From contig NC_043000.1 of assembly GCF_006345805.1 (NCBI RefSeq), positions 14,260,001-14,324,000 on the forward strand: a DNA stretch of 64,000 nucleotides. Direction: 5' to 3'. The notes beneath the pieces were generated by a model. It made no database searches. It was given only the letters and a program-made list of their open reading frames with translations, and was not told where the DNA came from. Made by a program: the position numbers and the translations under genes. Within the stretch, counting starts at the first letter, position 1; the number at the start of each line of letters is the position of its first letter. This DNA is from Octopus sinensis. Taxonomy: Eukaryota. Positions 23,712-35,715 of the stretch are shown piece by piece.

Positions 23712-24109
23712 TTGGTTGTGTGGTTAAGAAATTCGAATGAACCCAAAACGTGGTTTCAGGTTCAGTCCCACTACGTGGCACCTTGGGCAATTGTCTTCTA
23801 TTATAGCCCCGGACCGACCAACGCTTTGTGAGTGGATCTGATTGACAGAAACTGTGGAAACCTATCACATATATGTATATTGTATACGTGTGTGTCTTTG
23901 TGTCTGTTCGTCTTTCCCCTCACCACTTAACAACCGGTGCTGGTTTATTTACGTCCTCGTAGAATAGCGATCCACCAGAAAAAAAAAACGATAGAATAAG
24001 CACGAGACTTGAAAAAAACAAAAAAAAACGATTAAGTCCTGGCGGGGTCGATCTCTTCGACTAAACTTTCAAGGCTCCAGAATGGCTATAATTCAATAAC
24101 TGAAAGAAA
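23712..24109 (+). mobile_element. Older SINE-A variant; tail interrupted by a Helitron
   Basis: ggttcagtcccactacgtggcaccttgggcaa; tail resumes as taaaagataaaa after 24506. Confidence 0.75.
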
Positions 24110-24506
24110 TCTTTATATATAAAAGTCAAGTTGTGTGTCTGTCTCCTACGATTTAGATTCCTAACTACTCCCACATTTTGCGGTGCAGTGTAACCAAAAC
24201 CGGGTATCTTATAGTCGTGATTCATATCGAGCCCTTCTGGGTATTAGCGCGCGTCTACGATGAGTCTACGATTAAAAAAAATTTACCATCATTTTTTTCC
24301 ATTTTAATGCATTTTTTTCGCTATTACAATGAGGGAAGTAACTCTCTAAAAATGTCTACGATGAGTCAACGATTTAAAAAAAAACTTACCGTCATTTTTT
24401 TTCCATTTTTAATGCATTTTTTGCTATTTTTTTGCTATAACTCTCTAAAAATGCTTATATTGTTATTTCCCTTACAAACCCGAGCAACGCCGGGCGATAC
24501 TGCTAG
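24110..24506 (+). mobile_element. Non-autonomous Helitron with an internal about 75-bp duplication
   Basis: A|TCtttatatataaaag ... cccgagcaacgccggg-cgatactg-CTAG|T; no TSD. Confidence 0.85.
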
Positions 24507-25025
24507 TAAAAGATAAAATTCCTTTCCAATTTATGCTTCTCATGACAATTTTCATATTTTTCTCGCTATGAATGAAATACTTTCTTAACTCTTCTGCCTT
24601 TCGGTTTTATCTCATTTGTTTATTGTTTAAAATACGTTTAAAACAAAACTTTTTTCATGTCCACTTAAAATATAACTGTGGATCCCCAGTTTATTATTGT
24701 GCTTATGGTAACCCCAAAATTCTTACATGGAGCCCCAGAGATCATATGGACCCCGGATGGGAACCAGGGGCCTCTAGAACATGTCAGCTGATTGGTCATG
24801 TTGGAATTTTACTGACGATGAATGAAATGCGTTGTTACTCTTCTTCCCTTTAGTCTTATCTTTTAGTTTTTGTCTTGTTTATTGCTTTCAGATTTTAAAC
24901 ACCTCTAGAGGTGTGTCTATTGTCTGGGAACTTTTCCGTTCATCGTAGTTTTTCCACACACAGACACACGCACGTTATGTATATATATTATATATATATA
25001 ATATATATATATATATATTTACTGA

Positions 25026-25218
25026 TTTACTTGTTTCAGTCATTTGACTGTGGCCATGCTGGAGCACCGCCTTTAGTCGAGCAAATCGACCCTGGACTTA
25101 TTCTATCGATCTCTTTTGCCGAACCACTATGTGACGGGGACGTAAACACCAGCATCGGTTGTCAAGCAATGCTAGGGGGACAAACACACACACACACACC
25201 ACACACACACACACACAC

Positions 25219-25274
<56 letters not shown>

Positions 25275-25442
25275 TACGACAGGCTTCTTTCAGTTTTCGT
25301 CTACCAAATCCACTCACAAGGCATTGGTCGGCCCGGGGCTATAGCAGAAGACACTTGCCCAAGATGCCACGCAGTGGGACTGAAACCGGAACCATGTGGT
25401 TGGTTAGCAAGCTACTTACCACACAGCCACTCCTGCGCCTAT
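25026..25442 (-). mobile_element. SINE-A, full length
   Basis: Family match including the ataggcgcagg 5' end. Confidence 0.93.
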
Positions 25443-25471
25443 ATATCTATCTATCTCTCTCCCCCCTCTCA

Positions 25472-25542
<71 letters not shown>

Positions 25543-25693
25543 GAGGTGCGCCTTACACTTTGGATGTATGATAAAGATTACACAGCATCTCATCCAATGT
25601 ACTACAGGTGTAAAAAATGTGTTGAAACGATTGCAGTTTTAAATAAAGAATATTGTTCATTTCATTTTCTATCATCTATCTATCTATCCATTC

Positions 25694-25729
<36 letters not shown>

Positions 25730-25762
25730 TAAAAGAGTAAAAAGAGTATATATATATATATA

Positions 25763-26100
25763 TACTCTTTTTACTCTTTTACTTGTTTCAGTCATTTGAC
25801 TGCGGCCATGCTGGAGCACCACCTTTTAGTCGAGCAAATCGACCCCGGGACTTATTCTTTGTAAGCCCAGTACTTATTCTATCGGTCTCTTTTGCCGAAC
25901 CGCTAAGTGACGGGGACGTAAACACACCAGCATCGGTTGTCAAGCAATGCTAGGGGGACAAACACACACACATATATATACCAAATCCACTCACATTGGT
26001 CAGCCCGAGGCTATAGCAGAGATGCCACGCAGTGGGACTGAACCCGGAACCATGTGGTTGGTTAGCAAGCTACTTACCACACAGCCACTCCTGCGCCTAT
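25763..26100 (-). mobile_element. SINE-A with internal deletions; tail forms a 56-bp palindrome (25728-25783)
   Basis: Family match; agtaaaagagtaaaaagagta-(TA)7-tactctttttactcttttact. Confidence 0.9.
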
Positions 26101-26133
26101 ATATATATTATATATATATATAATATATATATA

Positions 26134-26360
26134 TTTTCTTGTTTGGATTAACTATATAATATATATGACCTCGTGTGTACCGTTGGCGATTTTTTCCCTC
26201 TGTCTTCCCTTCTCGGGATCTTTCCTTCTATATTTCCGACGAAGAGCTCTGCTCGAAACGTTAAACCCTCCTTCTTCCCTTCTTTCCTGAGCGTCTAATA
26301 ATACATATTTGTTCCACATCCTCGCGTTGTTGTGTTTTTTGTGTTTTTTCTTGTTTGGAT

Positions 26361-26366
<6 letters not shown>
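26134..26366 (+). mobile_element. 212-bp (TA)n-bounded unit with 21-bp direct repeats and a hammerhead motif (26233-26265)
   Basis: ttttcttgtttggattaacta at 26134 and 26346; CCGACGA-A-GAGC-tct-GCTC-GAAA-CGT. Confidence 0.7.
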
Positions 26367-26392
<26 letters not shown>

Positions 26393-26401
<9 letters not shown>

Positions 26402-26854
26402 ATTGGTGAATTGAAATGGAGCTGAACGCAGATTGAACAGAATCGTTTTTATTTCATTCTACACGTGTTCGAAAAGGCACAAATTACCAAAATCCGATTG
26501 AATAATGGGACCATATTGTGTCTTTCTCTTCAGGAAGAAAAAAGGAAATCCGTGGAAAAACAAAAACAGAACAGAGCAGAGCAAAAAACAAATCGAACTG
26601 TGCTCCTAAGAGCCCTGGCGAAACTGTTCGCCATGGGCTCTTAGGAGCACAGTTCGATTTGTTTTTTGCTCTGCTCTGTTCTGTTTTTGTTTTCCAACGG
26701 ATTTCCTTTTTTCTTCCTGAAGAGAAAGACACAATATTGTCCATTATCAATCGATTTTGGTAATTTGTGCCTTTCGAACGTGATAATGAAATAAAACGAT
26801 TTCTGTTCAATCTGCGTTTCAGCTCCATTTCTTCAATTCACCAATAATGTTTTA
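26393..26854. repeat. 462-bp foldback (about 230-bp arms, 4-nt loop); each arm carries a near-complete hammerhead
   Basis: Loop actg at 26623-26626; tttcttc-CTGAAGA-gaaag.cacaa...ttgtg.ctttc-GAA-acacgtgt-A-gaa.gaaa at 26452-26540 (-); more eroded copy at 26710-26791 (+). Confidence 0.9.
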
Positions 26855-27006
26855 ATTTCAATTATCCGCACCAACGCACGGTTCAACGCCAGATTGTTTG
26901 TACCTCCAACCGTGCTTTCACTGCTGTGATTTTTGCTACTAAGGTCGGTTAAACTTTTGATTAATCTACTACAAGATTTTCATCTTTCTATTTCACATAA
27001 TATATA

Positions 27007-27053
<47 letters not shown>

Positions 27054-27149
27054 ACGGGAAGCTTTATGAAAATAAACAAAAGACGAAGGCAGGTGGAGTA
27101 CAACCAAACAATTGTATTAGTATGGCGCTCAGGAATATAAATAAAACAA

Positions 27150-27189
27150 GTCTTTTACGTTTCGAGCCTACGCTCTTCAACAGAAAGAC
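27150..27189 (-). ncRNA. Minimal type I hammerhead (40 nt) in a (TA)n-abutting unit (about 27052-27300)
   Basis: GTCTTT-CTGTTGA-A-GAGC-gtag-GCTC-GAAA-CGT-A-AAAGAC: 6-bp helix I, 4-bp helix II, ACGT palindrome, GUA triplet; one core substitution (A6 to U). Confidence 0.75.
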
Positions 27190-27894
27190 ACACAGAAAAG
27201 AAACACGGAGAGAAACAAGGAGAGAAAAAAATATGGGACATGAGACCATGCAATGTTCGTATTTCGTATATAGAGCGCCCCCTTTGAGATATTCTCCTCA
27301 ATCATATTGATATGAAGTATTCACTGTGTTCCTGTATCATTCCTCTCTTTTTCTTTTTATTCTCTTCCTCTTTCGCTTCCGTTTGACTCTCCTCCCCTCG
27401 TACCTCTCTCTCTCCGTGTCTTTTCTTTCTAGGTTGTCTCGTCCTCTCGTTAAGTCTGTATCAATCACAATATTTTACTCTCCTGACTACAAGATAAAGC
27501 CACGCATATTTATGTATTTCTTGCTTTGTCATTCATGTTATGTGTCATACATAATGTGCATTCCCCCCACCTCTCTCTCTCTCTTCTCTCTCTCTTTCTC
27601 TTGCTTTCTCGAAATATGTATCTGTGAATGAGGGGAGAGCGAATGAATGAGAGAGAGAATGAATGAGAGAAACGGAGGCAGAGAGAGAGAGAGCCGTCTC
27701 GACCAGCGGACAAAACTAGAATGTCTGTCTCCCCTCCTCTATATCCATCAACACCACCACTACCGTCGAAAACAAATCTAAAAACAAAGCAACAAAAAGT
27801 TTCAGAAATAGCAAACATGAAGTGCAAATGTGTAAGAAAATGAATGAAATAGTTTTAAGCGAAGCAAGTCTTCACCTCACTCGTCGCAGCTGTG

Positions 27895-28550
27895 ACTACT
27901 GTCACCACCACCACCACCACCAGCGCCATCATCACCATGTCAACTACTACAACCAACCGTAGTAATCTGGACCTCGTACCCATCACCACCACCACCACCA
28001 CCATCCACAACTGTCACCACTCTCTACCACCGTCATCACTACCACCATCACCGTCACCACCATCAGCACCTATTTCACCGTGGCTACCATCATCATCATC
28101 ATCATCATCATCATACCCGTCACCACCACCAAGACCACCATTTCGACGACCACGACCACGACCATCACCACCACTACCACTACCACCACTATCACCATCA
28201 CCATCACCACCACCACCACCACCACCACCACCACTACTACCATCACCACCACCACCACTACCATCACCACCACCACCATCATCTCATTCGCTACAGCCAT
28301 CATCATCATCATCATCACCGTCGTTACTTTACCATGTCACTACAACTAGTACCACCACCACTACCACCACCACAGTAATATGGGCTTCACCACTACCGTC
28401 ACCCCGCGCAATCACGACCATCACCTCTTTTACTACGACTACCACCGACATCACCATCGCCACAGTTATTAACCACCGTCCCTTTCACCACCACCACCAC
28501 CATCAGAACCTATACAACCATTGCCACCACCACCACCACCACCACCATAA
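27895..28550. repeat. (CAC/CAT/TAC)n degenerate trinucleotide tract
   Basis: Direct reading; source of the poly-T/P/H ORFs. Confidence 0.95.
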
Positions 28551-28738
28551 TTAGCACGACCACCCCCGTTGTACCTCCAGGAGTGTCGGTGAGATTTGTG
28601 GGAATCTAAATATAACGATTTGTACCTCTAACCTTCCACTGACCTCGTCTCATCCTCTCTCTCTCTCTCTCTCTCCCCCTAACCCTAACCTCGCATCCGC
28701 CATTTGTCACTTCCAAAATCCCTTCACTTCGACACGAA

Positions 28739-28838
28739 CGCCATCTCCTCCACCTTCTCGTCCGCCATCTCCTCCTCCTTCTCGTCCGCCATCTCCTCCT
28801 CCTTCTCGTCCGCCATCTCCTCCTCCTTCTCGTCTGCC
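28739..28838. repeat. 24-bp minisatellite, about 4 copies
   Basis: cgccatctcctcctccttctcgtc x4. Confidence 0.95.
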
Positions 28839-29856
28839 TTTTCAATGAACGGCCACCTATACGATTGATGAACGAACGTGTATGTATGAACAATCGGAGT
28901 TATAAAACTTCTCCTTTTGGAAAGAAGAAGCCCTTTTACAATGGCAGCCTCTGTCATCTCCTCTTTTACACGTTCTCTTTTTCTCTATCTGTCACTCAAC
29001 ATTCTATCTGACCCCACTCCTTCTATCATTTTGTCACACACACGCACACACATACTCTCTCCCTTTCCATCTCTCTGTTTCTCTCCCTCTTCCTCTCGCT
29101 TTTCATTTGATCCCTAATTATTTTGTGCTGCTATTTGTCTATGCATCCGCTCTATTTCTAAATTTCTCTCTCTCTCTCTCTCTCCTCCACACATTTTCTA
29201 CTCTTTCTTGTGCCTCTAGTGGGGGTCTTTCCCTCATTCTCTTAATCACTCATTCTTTCACACACACAAACACACACACACACACACACACACTCTCTCT
29301 CTCTCTCTATCTATTACTGAATCTCTCACCTTTCTTTTTCGGATCTTGCACTCTTCCCATCTCACTCATTCCATGTATGAATCTCTCTTTCTTTCTTTCT
29401 CAGATCTCCTTCACTCTTTCCCTCATCCTCTTAATGAATCACTCTTTCACACACACACACGCACATTCTGTCTCTCAATCTATCAACGAATCTTTATCAC
29501 CTTTTCCTTCTCGTTCTTTTAATAGATCTCTTACAATCTTTCTCTCTATCATTCTATTAATGAATCACAGTTGTGCAGACTCTTGTTCTTTCAATGAATC
29601 TTTAACACACACAACACACTCTCTCTTTCTCACTCCATCTCTGTTATCGAATCTCCTTTACACACTTCCTTTCACGTTCCTTTCTACATTTCTCCTACTC
29701 TTTCTTTCACTCTATTAATGATTCACTGCCCTTTTTTAATGGATTTCTTTCCTTTACCTTATTTTATTATAAGATGTCTTACTCTTCCTTCCTTTCTTCA
29801 CTCCACTCTCACGTTTTCTGTATGTCTTTCGATTTGATTAATGGCTATCCTCTAAC

Positions 29857-29902
<46 letters not shown>

Positions 29903-30372
29903 CTCTCACCCTATCACTGTACCCCCTTCTGTTTAAGTGAAATAGTTCGCCTCCTACATTTTCCCTTTCACACTTTGTTTTCATGTCCTATTTATAGATT
30001 TCTCAATCATTTTTTTTTTACAATCATCCTTCTCGTTATATCAATGGATGATCTACCCCATCTTCCTCCATCTCATTCTCGTTGATGTTTTATTAGCTTT
30101 CGCCTTAAGTCAGTCCTCTCCAAGCAGATTTATCATCAAAGACGTTCCAACCGCTACAATTCCACTTCTTTCCAACATTCAAATTAGATTAACTTATGTG
30201 TCCTTCCCTTTTTTTTATTTTATTTTAATACAGTATGATTCGACGGAGATTTAGCTATTTTATAGCAAGTCGAGTAACTACAAAGAATTAGATGCTCTCT
30301 CTCTGTTGCTTCTCCACTTCGTCTTTTCCTTGCGTTCGCTGATTCTGTTTGTGTGTTTGCGCTTAAGATATA

Positions 30373-30589
30373 AGAGGGGGTTGCTGAAAAGTTCCTGGCT
30401 TTGGTAAAAGAAAATATAGGAGGATGAGTTAATTATGATTTTATCCGACATATTCTCCTCTCAGGTTCAAGTACTTATTGCAGCGGTCCTTCAGTTTTTC
30501 TAAGCCCTGTGGAAGAACTCAGACGGCTGGGCCTCCAAACTGGCCTTTCACGACACCCTTAAAGCCAGGAACTTTTCAGCACCCTCCAG
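30373..30589. mobile_element. Mariner-type MITE (217 bp)
   Basis: TA-..gggggttgctgaaaagttcctggcttt ... aaagccaggaacttttcagcaccctcc..-TA; relatives at 46747-46935 and about 62608-62730. Confidence 0.85.
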
Positions 30590-30705
30590 TATGCAAGTGA
30601 TCATGTTTGGAGGAATTGGTTAATTTTAATGTATCAATGAACCCGGGAAGTTACAGAAAGAATCACAGGGAAAAAGTCAGAGAAAAATTTCAATGAAACT
30701 TGAAA

Positions 30706-31114
30706 GGCGTAGGAGTGGCTGTTTGTGGTAAGTAGCTTGCTTACGAACCACATGGTTCCGGGTTCAGTCCCACTACGTGGCACCTTGGGCAAGAGCCTTC
30801 TACAATAGCCTCGGGCCAACCAAAGTCTTGTGAGTGGATTTGGTAGACGGAAACTGAAAGAAGCCCGTCGTATATGTATATATATATATATGTATATGTT
30901 TGTGTGTCTGTGTTTGTCCCCACAACATCGCTTGACAACCGATGCTGGTGTGTTTACGTCCCTGTAACTTAGCGGTTCGGCAAAAGAGACCGATGGAATA
31001 AGTACTACGCTTACAAAGAATGAGTCCTGGGGTCGATTTGCTCGACTAAAGGCGGTGCTCCAGCATGGTCACAGTCACGTGACTGAAACAAGTAAAAAGA
31101 GTAAAAAAAGAGTA
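30706..31114 (+). mobile_element. SINE-A
   Basis: Full-length family match. Confidence 0.93.
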
Positions 31115-31169
31115 TACGTCTTAAATCATTATATAAGTTGTGAAATTGTGTAACTAAGAAACTTAAAAT

Positions 31170-31740
31170 ATTCTTTTCTATTCTAGGCACAAATCCCGAA
31201 ATTTTGGAGAGGGAGCCAGTTGATTAGATCGACTCGGTACGCAAATGGTACTTAATTTATCGACCCCGAAAGGATGAAAGGCAAAGTCAACCTCGGTGTA
31301 ACTTGAACTCAGAACGCAAAGACAGACGAAATACCTATTTCTTTACTACCCACAAGGGGCTAAACACAGAGGGGACAAACAAGGACAGGCAAACGAATTA
31401 AGTCGATTATATCGACTCCAGTGCGTAACTGGCATTTATTTAATCGACCCCGAAAGGATGAAAGGCAAAGTCAACCCCGGCGGAATTTGAACTCAGAACG
31501 TAACAGCAGACGAAATACCTATTTCTTTACAACTCATAATGGGCTCAGCATAGAGGGGACAAACGGATTAAGTCGATTATATCGACCCCTGTGCGTAACT
31601 GGTACTTATTTAATCGACCCTGAAAGGATGAAAGGCAAAGTCGACCTCGGTGGAATTTGAACTCAGAACGTAGCGGCAGGCGAAATACTGCTAAGCATTT
31701 TGCCCGGCGCGCTAACGTTTCTGCCAGCTCGCCCGCCTTA
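31170..31740 (-). mobile_element. SINE-B trimer with variant 3' tail
   Basis: Three units; TSD cttaaaatatt (31162-31172 / 31745-31755). Confidence 0.88.
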
Positions 31741-31879
31741 GAATCTTAAAATATTGTTTAATTGCTGTTAATTTTATTAACAACAATTAGATAAAATGTG
31801 ACATTTTTTCTGCAAATTCTTTTTTTTATCCAAGTTGTCTTTTTTCGAGTCAAAAATTTTGACTTTTTTTTTCGGTCGT

Positions 31880-32312
31880 AGGTAGGTAGGCAAATATGTA
31901 TGTTGGTAGGTAGGTACGTAGGTAGGTCGGCAGGTAGGTAGGTAGGTAGGTAGGTAGGTAGGTAGGTAGGTAGGTAGGTAGGTAGGTAGGTAGGTTGATA
32001 GGTAGGTAGGTAGATAGCTAGGTAGGTAGGTATGTAGGTAGGTATGTAGGTATGTAGGTAGATAGGTATGTAGGTAGATAGGTATGTAGGTAGGTAGGTA
32101 GGTAGATAGGTAGGTAGGTAGGTAGGTAGGTAGGTCGGTAGGTAGGTAGGTAGGTAGGTAGGTAGGCAGGTAGGTAGGTAGGTAGGTAGGTAGGTAAGTA
32201 GGTAGGTCGATAGGTAGGTAGGCAGGTAGGTAGGCAGGCAGGCAGGTAGGTAGGTAGGTAGGTAGGCATGTAGGTAGGTGGGTAAGTAGCTTGGTAGAAA
32301 CTTAGGTAGGCA
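31880..32312. repeat. (TAGG)n tetranucleotide tract
   Basis: Direct reading. Confidence 0.95.
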
Positions 32313-33087
32313 GGCAGGCTAGCATGTACGTATGTATCTGTTGTACGTATATGTGTTTGTATGTAATGTATGTATAAGTGCGTCATATGTGTGTAAATTT
32401 GAATGGACATGTGTAGGTGTGTATTTCTGTTTACGCGCGCGTAAGTATATGTGTACACACACCCACATTTAGTTACGCATGTTATAGACATACAAACACT
32501 CCCACATGTACAAACACACAAACTCACACACACATATACATATAGCTACACGCACACACACACATACATGTATAAATCCATACATATTTAAAAGTGCATA
32601 CAAACACTCTCCACTCACATGACAGACTCACACGCACTAAAACACCAACACACTTTTCCAGCAACAAAGCCGGCTTTAGAAAGCAGGTTTAGTTTGAGTG
32701 AAGGAATATAATATGATAAAACAACAGCAATAACAACGTCAACAACAGATTTCGAATGAGATGAATGAATGGCTGAACGAATGAATGGCCACTACAGCAG
32801 CTACAACAACAACAACGACAATAACAACTCCTACTACTGCCAATACAAAGAACATAGCAACAACAACTGAAGCACAAGGCAGCAACAGCAGTGATATCAA
32901 GAACGGATTCCAGGAGAGATTATGAATGAACGGGCAGCGGAGTTGACGTGGGATGTAATTGTTTTAACAACACACTTTTATGGTTTACTTGGGAAAATAA
33001 GTGTTCGAATCCCATCCGGCACCTGAATAGCGAAACGGGGTACAGTACAGTTTTTTTTTCCTCTGCAGGAGCTGGTATTGATAGAGC

Positions 33088-33508
33088 GGATCTTTTCGGT
33101 TTGAACGGCAGTTTTTTAACATAATTTCTAGGTAACTAAAAAATTTTAAACTTCGTATACTGGTAGAATGTGTTTATAAAACATCTTTTTCTCTTGGCTT
33201 TATTGAGAAAATTCTATAGTTTGTAAGATATTTGTTGTTTTTTTTTCTTCAATTTCTGCAATTTCAACCAATCGATGACGTTCATTGAGTTAAAAAACAT
33301 TCTGTGCCGTATGAATATGTCCCTCGTTTAAGAAACAGATTGTGTTTATTTACATTTGTGAAGAAAAAAAGATACCCTCACCCTCACCCCTAACCCTAAC
33401 CCTAACTAACCCTAACCCTAACCCTAAAACATTGAAATGTCATAAATACGGGTGACAATTTTATATGACACCGCTAGAAAAAAACTGCCATTCAAAACGA
33501 AAAGATCC
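33088..33508. mobile_element. Merlin-like MITE (421 bp) with internal (CCCTAA)n
   Basis: About 30-bp TIRs starting GGATC; perfect 8-bp TSD gatagagc; telomeric repeats at 33375-33427. Confidence 0.85.
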
Positions 33509-33816
33509 GATAGAGCAAATACTAGACTTCAAAAAATAAATACTGGGGACGAATTGTTCGACTAAATATTTCAAGGCGGTCCCTCAGTATGGCTGTAGTT
33601 CAAAGACGGAAACAAGTAAATGATAAAAATAAAGATCTATTGTCTGCGAGGGTTTAGTTGCGTCCCTTTGTGTGCTCTACACTCTGAAGTTAGCTTTGTC
33701 TTTTCTTCTGGATTTCATCAAAGAAGACCCAGTCAAGTACAGAGATCGATATAGTCGACTCTTTGACCCAGATTTGAGGCCTTGTGCGTGATAAAACAAG
33801 ACACCGGTCACACATT

Positions 33817-34120
33817 GTGGAGGCACATGACCTAGTGGTTAGAGCAGCGGACTCGCGGTCGAGGGATCGCGGGTTCGAATCTCAGACCGGGCGATGTGTG
33901 TGTTTATGAGCAAAGCACTTAGGCTCCACGCGGCTCCGGCAGAAGGTAATGGTGAACTGACTCTTTCGCCACAACTTTCTCTCACTTTTTCCTCCTGCAT
34001 CTTGCAGCTCACCTGCGACGGACCGGCGTCCCGTCCAGGTGGGGAACCTATACGCCAAAGAAACCGGGGAAATCGGCCCTTATGTGCCAGGCATGGCTCG
34101 AGAAGGAATTAACAAAAAAA
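33817..34120 (+). mobile_element. SINE-C/V
   Basis: tRNA head, gcgacggaccggcgtcccgtccagg V-like domain; TSD acaccggtcacaca. Confidence 0.88.
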
Positions 34121-34679
34121 ACACCGGTCACACACCTTGTCAATGTAATCGACTAACCCACTCCCTCAGCTTTTAGACATTATGGTTCCATCAGACATAA
34201 ACGTCATTGGGGTCATGAACGTTACCTTCCATTCTTATGGGTTGTAGAATAAAGTACTAATCAAATATAGGGATTTCCACCGACAGCATTGTCCGACTGG
34301 CAGAAAGTTGTGAGCACCCTACGATCTACGTTTATTCACGACTGCCAACGATCCAAAACTAGGACTATCCAAACTAAGCGATTTACACATCGTGCAGCCA
34401 ACCATCGGTTCCTGTATTTCTGCGGTTGTTATGGTCTTTTCGCAACACCCGGTCTTTCCTTCGGAGAATCGCGACAAGCTGTCGAGATGGGAATTGAAAT
34501 TCACCCTGCATTTTGACCTACCATTTGTTTCGAACAGTCGAGCGAAATGCAGCTGAAAAGCCATACAAATCTATTCGAGAGCGAGTAACATGAACCCAAA
34601 ATGGTTTGCCAGAGACCGAATTGAGGCTGTGTCTTGAATCTCTGCTACTCAGGAACATCAAACGGTTTTCATTCCTTCG

Positions 34680-34906
34680 GTGAGCTAGCAGAATCGTTAG
34701 CACGTCGGGCGAAATGCTTAGCGGTATTTCGGCTGCCGTTACGTTGTGAGTTCAAATTCCGCCGAGGTCGACTTTGCCTTTCATCCTTTCGGGGTCGATA
34801 AATTAAGTACCAGTTAAGCACTGGGGTCGATATAATCGACTTAATACCTATGTCTGTCCATGTTTGTCTCCTCTATGTTTAGCCCCTTATGGGTAATAAA
34901 GAAATA
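34680..34906 (+). mobile_element. SINE-B
   Basis: TSD ggttttcattccttcg (16 bp). Confidence 0.93.
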
Positions 34907-35189
34907 GGTTTTCATTCCTTCGTGTTTTAGAACACGCACCTAATCTCTGATAATGCAGTTTTTGTGCTTCGCGTTGAAGAATTTGTCTCGCCGTGAACAT
35001 TTCACTTGCCTTGCCTTTCCTAAGTTTCGAACTAAGTTTCTTTTGAATCTACTTTTCCCTATCGCTGTCACCCTACTAAACCTTATCAACTTTATTATGA
35101 TTGCCTTTTCAGGGCGAACCTCTATTTATTGTTAACGACTGCACCTGTCAACTCCCACTACCTGATTCGTTAATCTGGTTTCTATAAGC

Positions 35190-35715
35190 ATGGCGTTCAG
35201 TAACTAGTCATCGGATCCCTGCGCACAAATTTGTGTTCTGCACAGATGGCGATGTTAGATTTGGATGACCTACGCTATTCTTACCCACTGGCCCACAGAA
35301 TACTCTAGATACGATCTGGATTGCTCAATGTGCTTTGTTCACGTCCACATTGGTACATTCAGGGAATTCAGTCGGTACCTGTCAGGCAGTTGGAAACGTC
35401 TTAGCAAGTTCGTAAGGCCTTTGCGCTTCCTCTCCTATCAGCTAACGCCATACAATCCAAACGTGCATCTAAGAGCGTTCCTATTGGCCCCTGAAGCTAA
35501 TGAGCCGGATGCTCCGAAGAAATCCCCCGGACGCCTGAAATCTAGTTGTCCCGACCCTGTTGAGATTGTGGATAGATACTAGTCTGTAGACATTCCCTTC
35601 ACCGCTGTTCATATCCAGGCTCACCAACTTATCTTCTGATCCATGGAGATAAGCCATATCATGAGATCCAGATCCTACCGAAACAACAAAATCATTCCTG
35701 CTCCCAATCCCGGTT
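35190..35715 (-). pseudogene. Degraded Tx1/L1-clade ORF2 AP-endonuclease fragment
   Basis: Across frameshifts: LVSLDM..VYRLVSIH, LLDARLD, NLLRRFQLPDRYRL..VPMWT*T...SRSYL, EHKFV (SDH-like motif). Confidence 0.6.

Noticed and set aside
32770-32910. Short Thr-rich ORF MATTAATTTT...
   Set aside because: Derived from (ACA/CAA)n repeats; no supporting gene structure
34289-34660. GC-richer island with 75-81-aa ORFs on both strands
   Set aside because: No recognisable motif in any frame; probably unclassified TE debris
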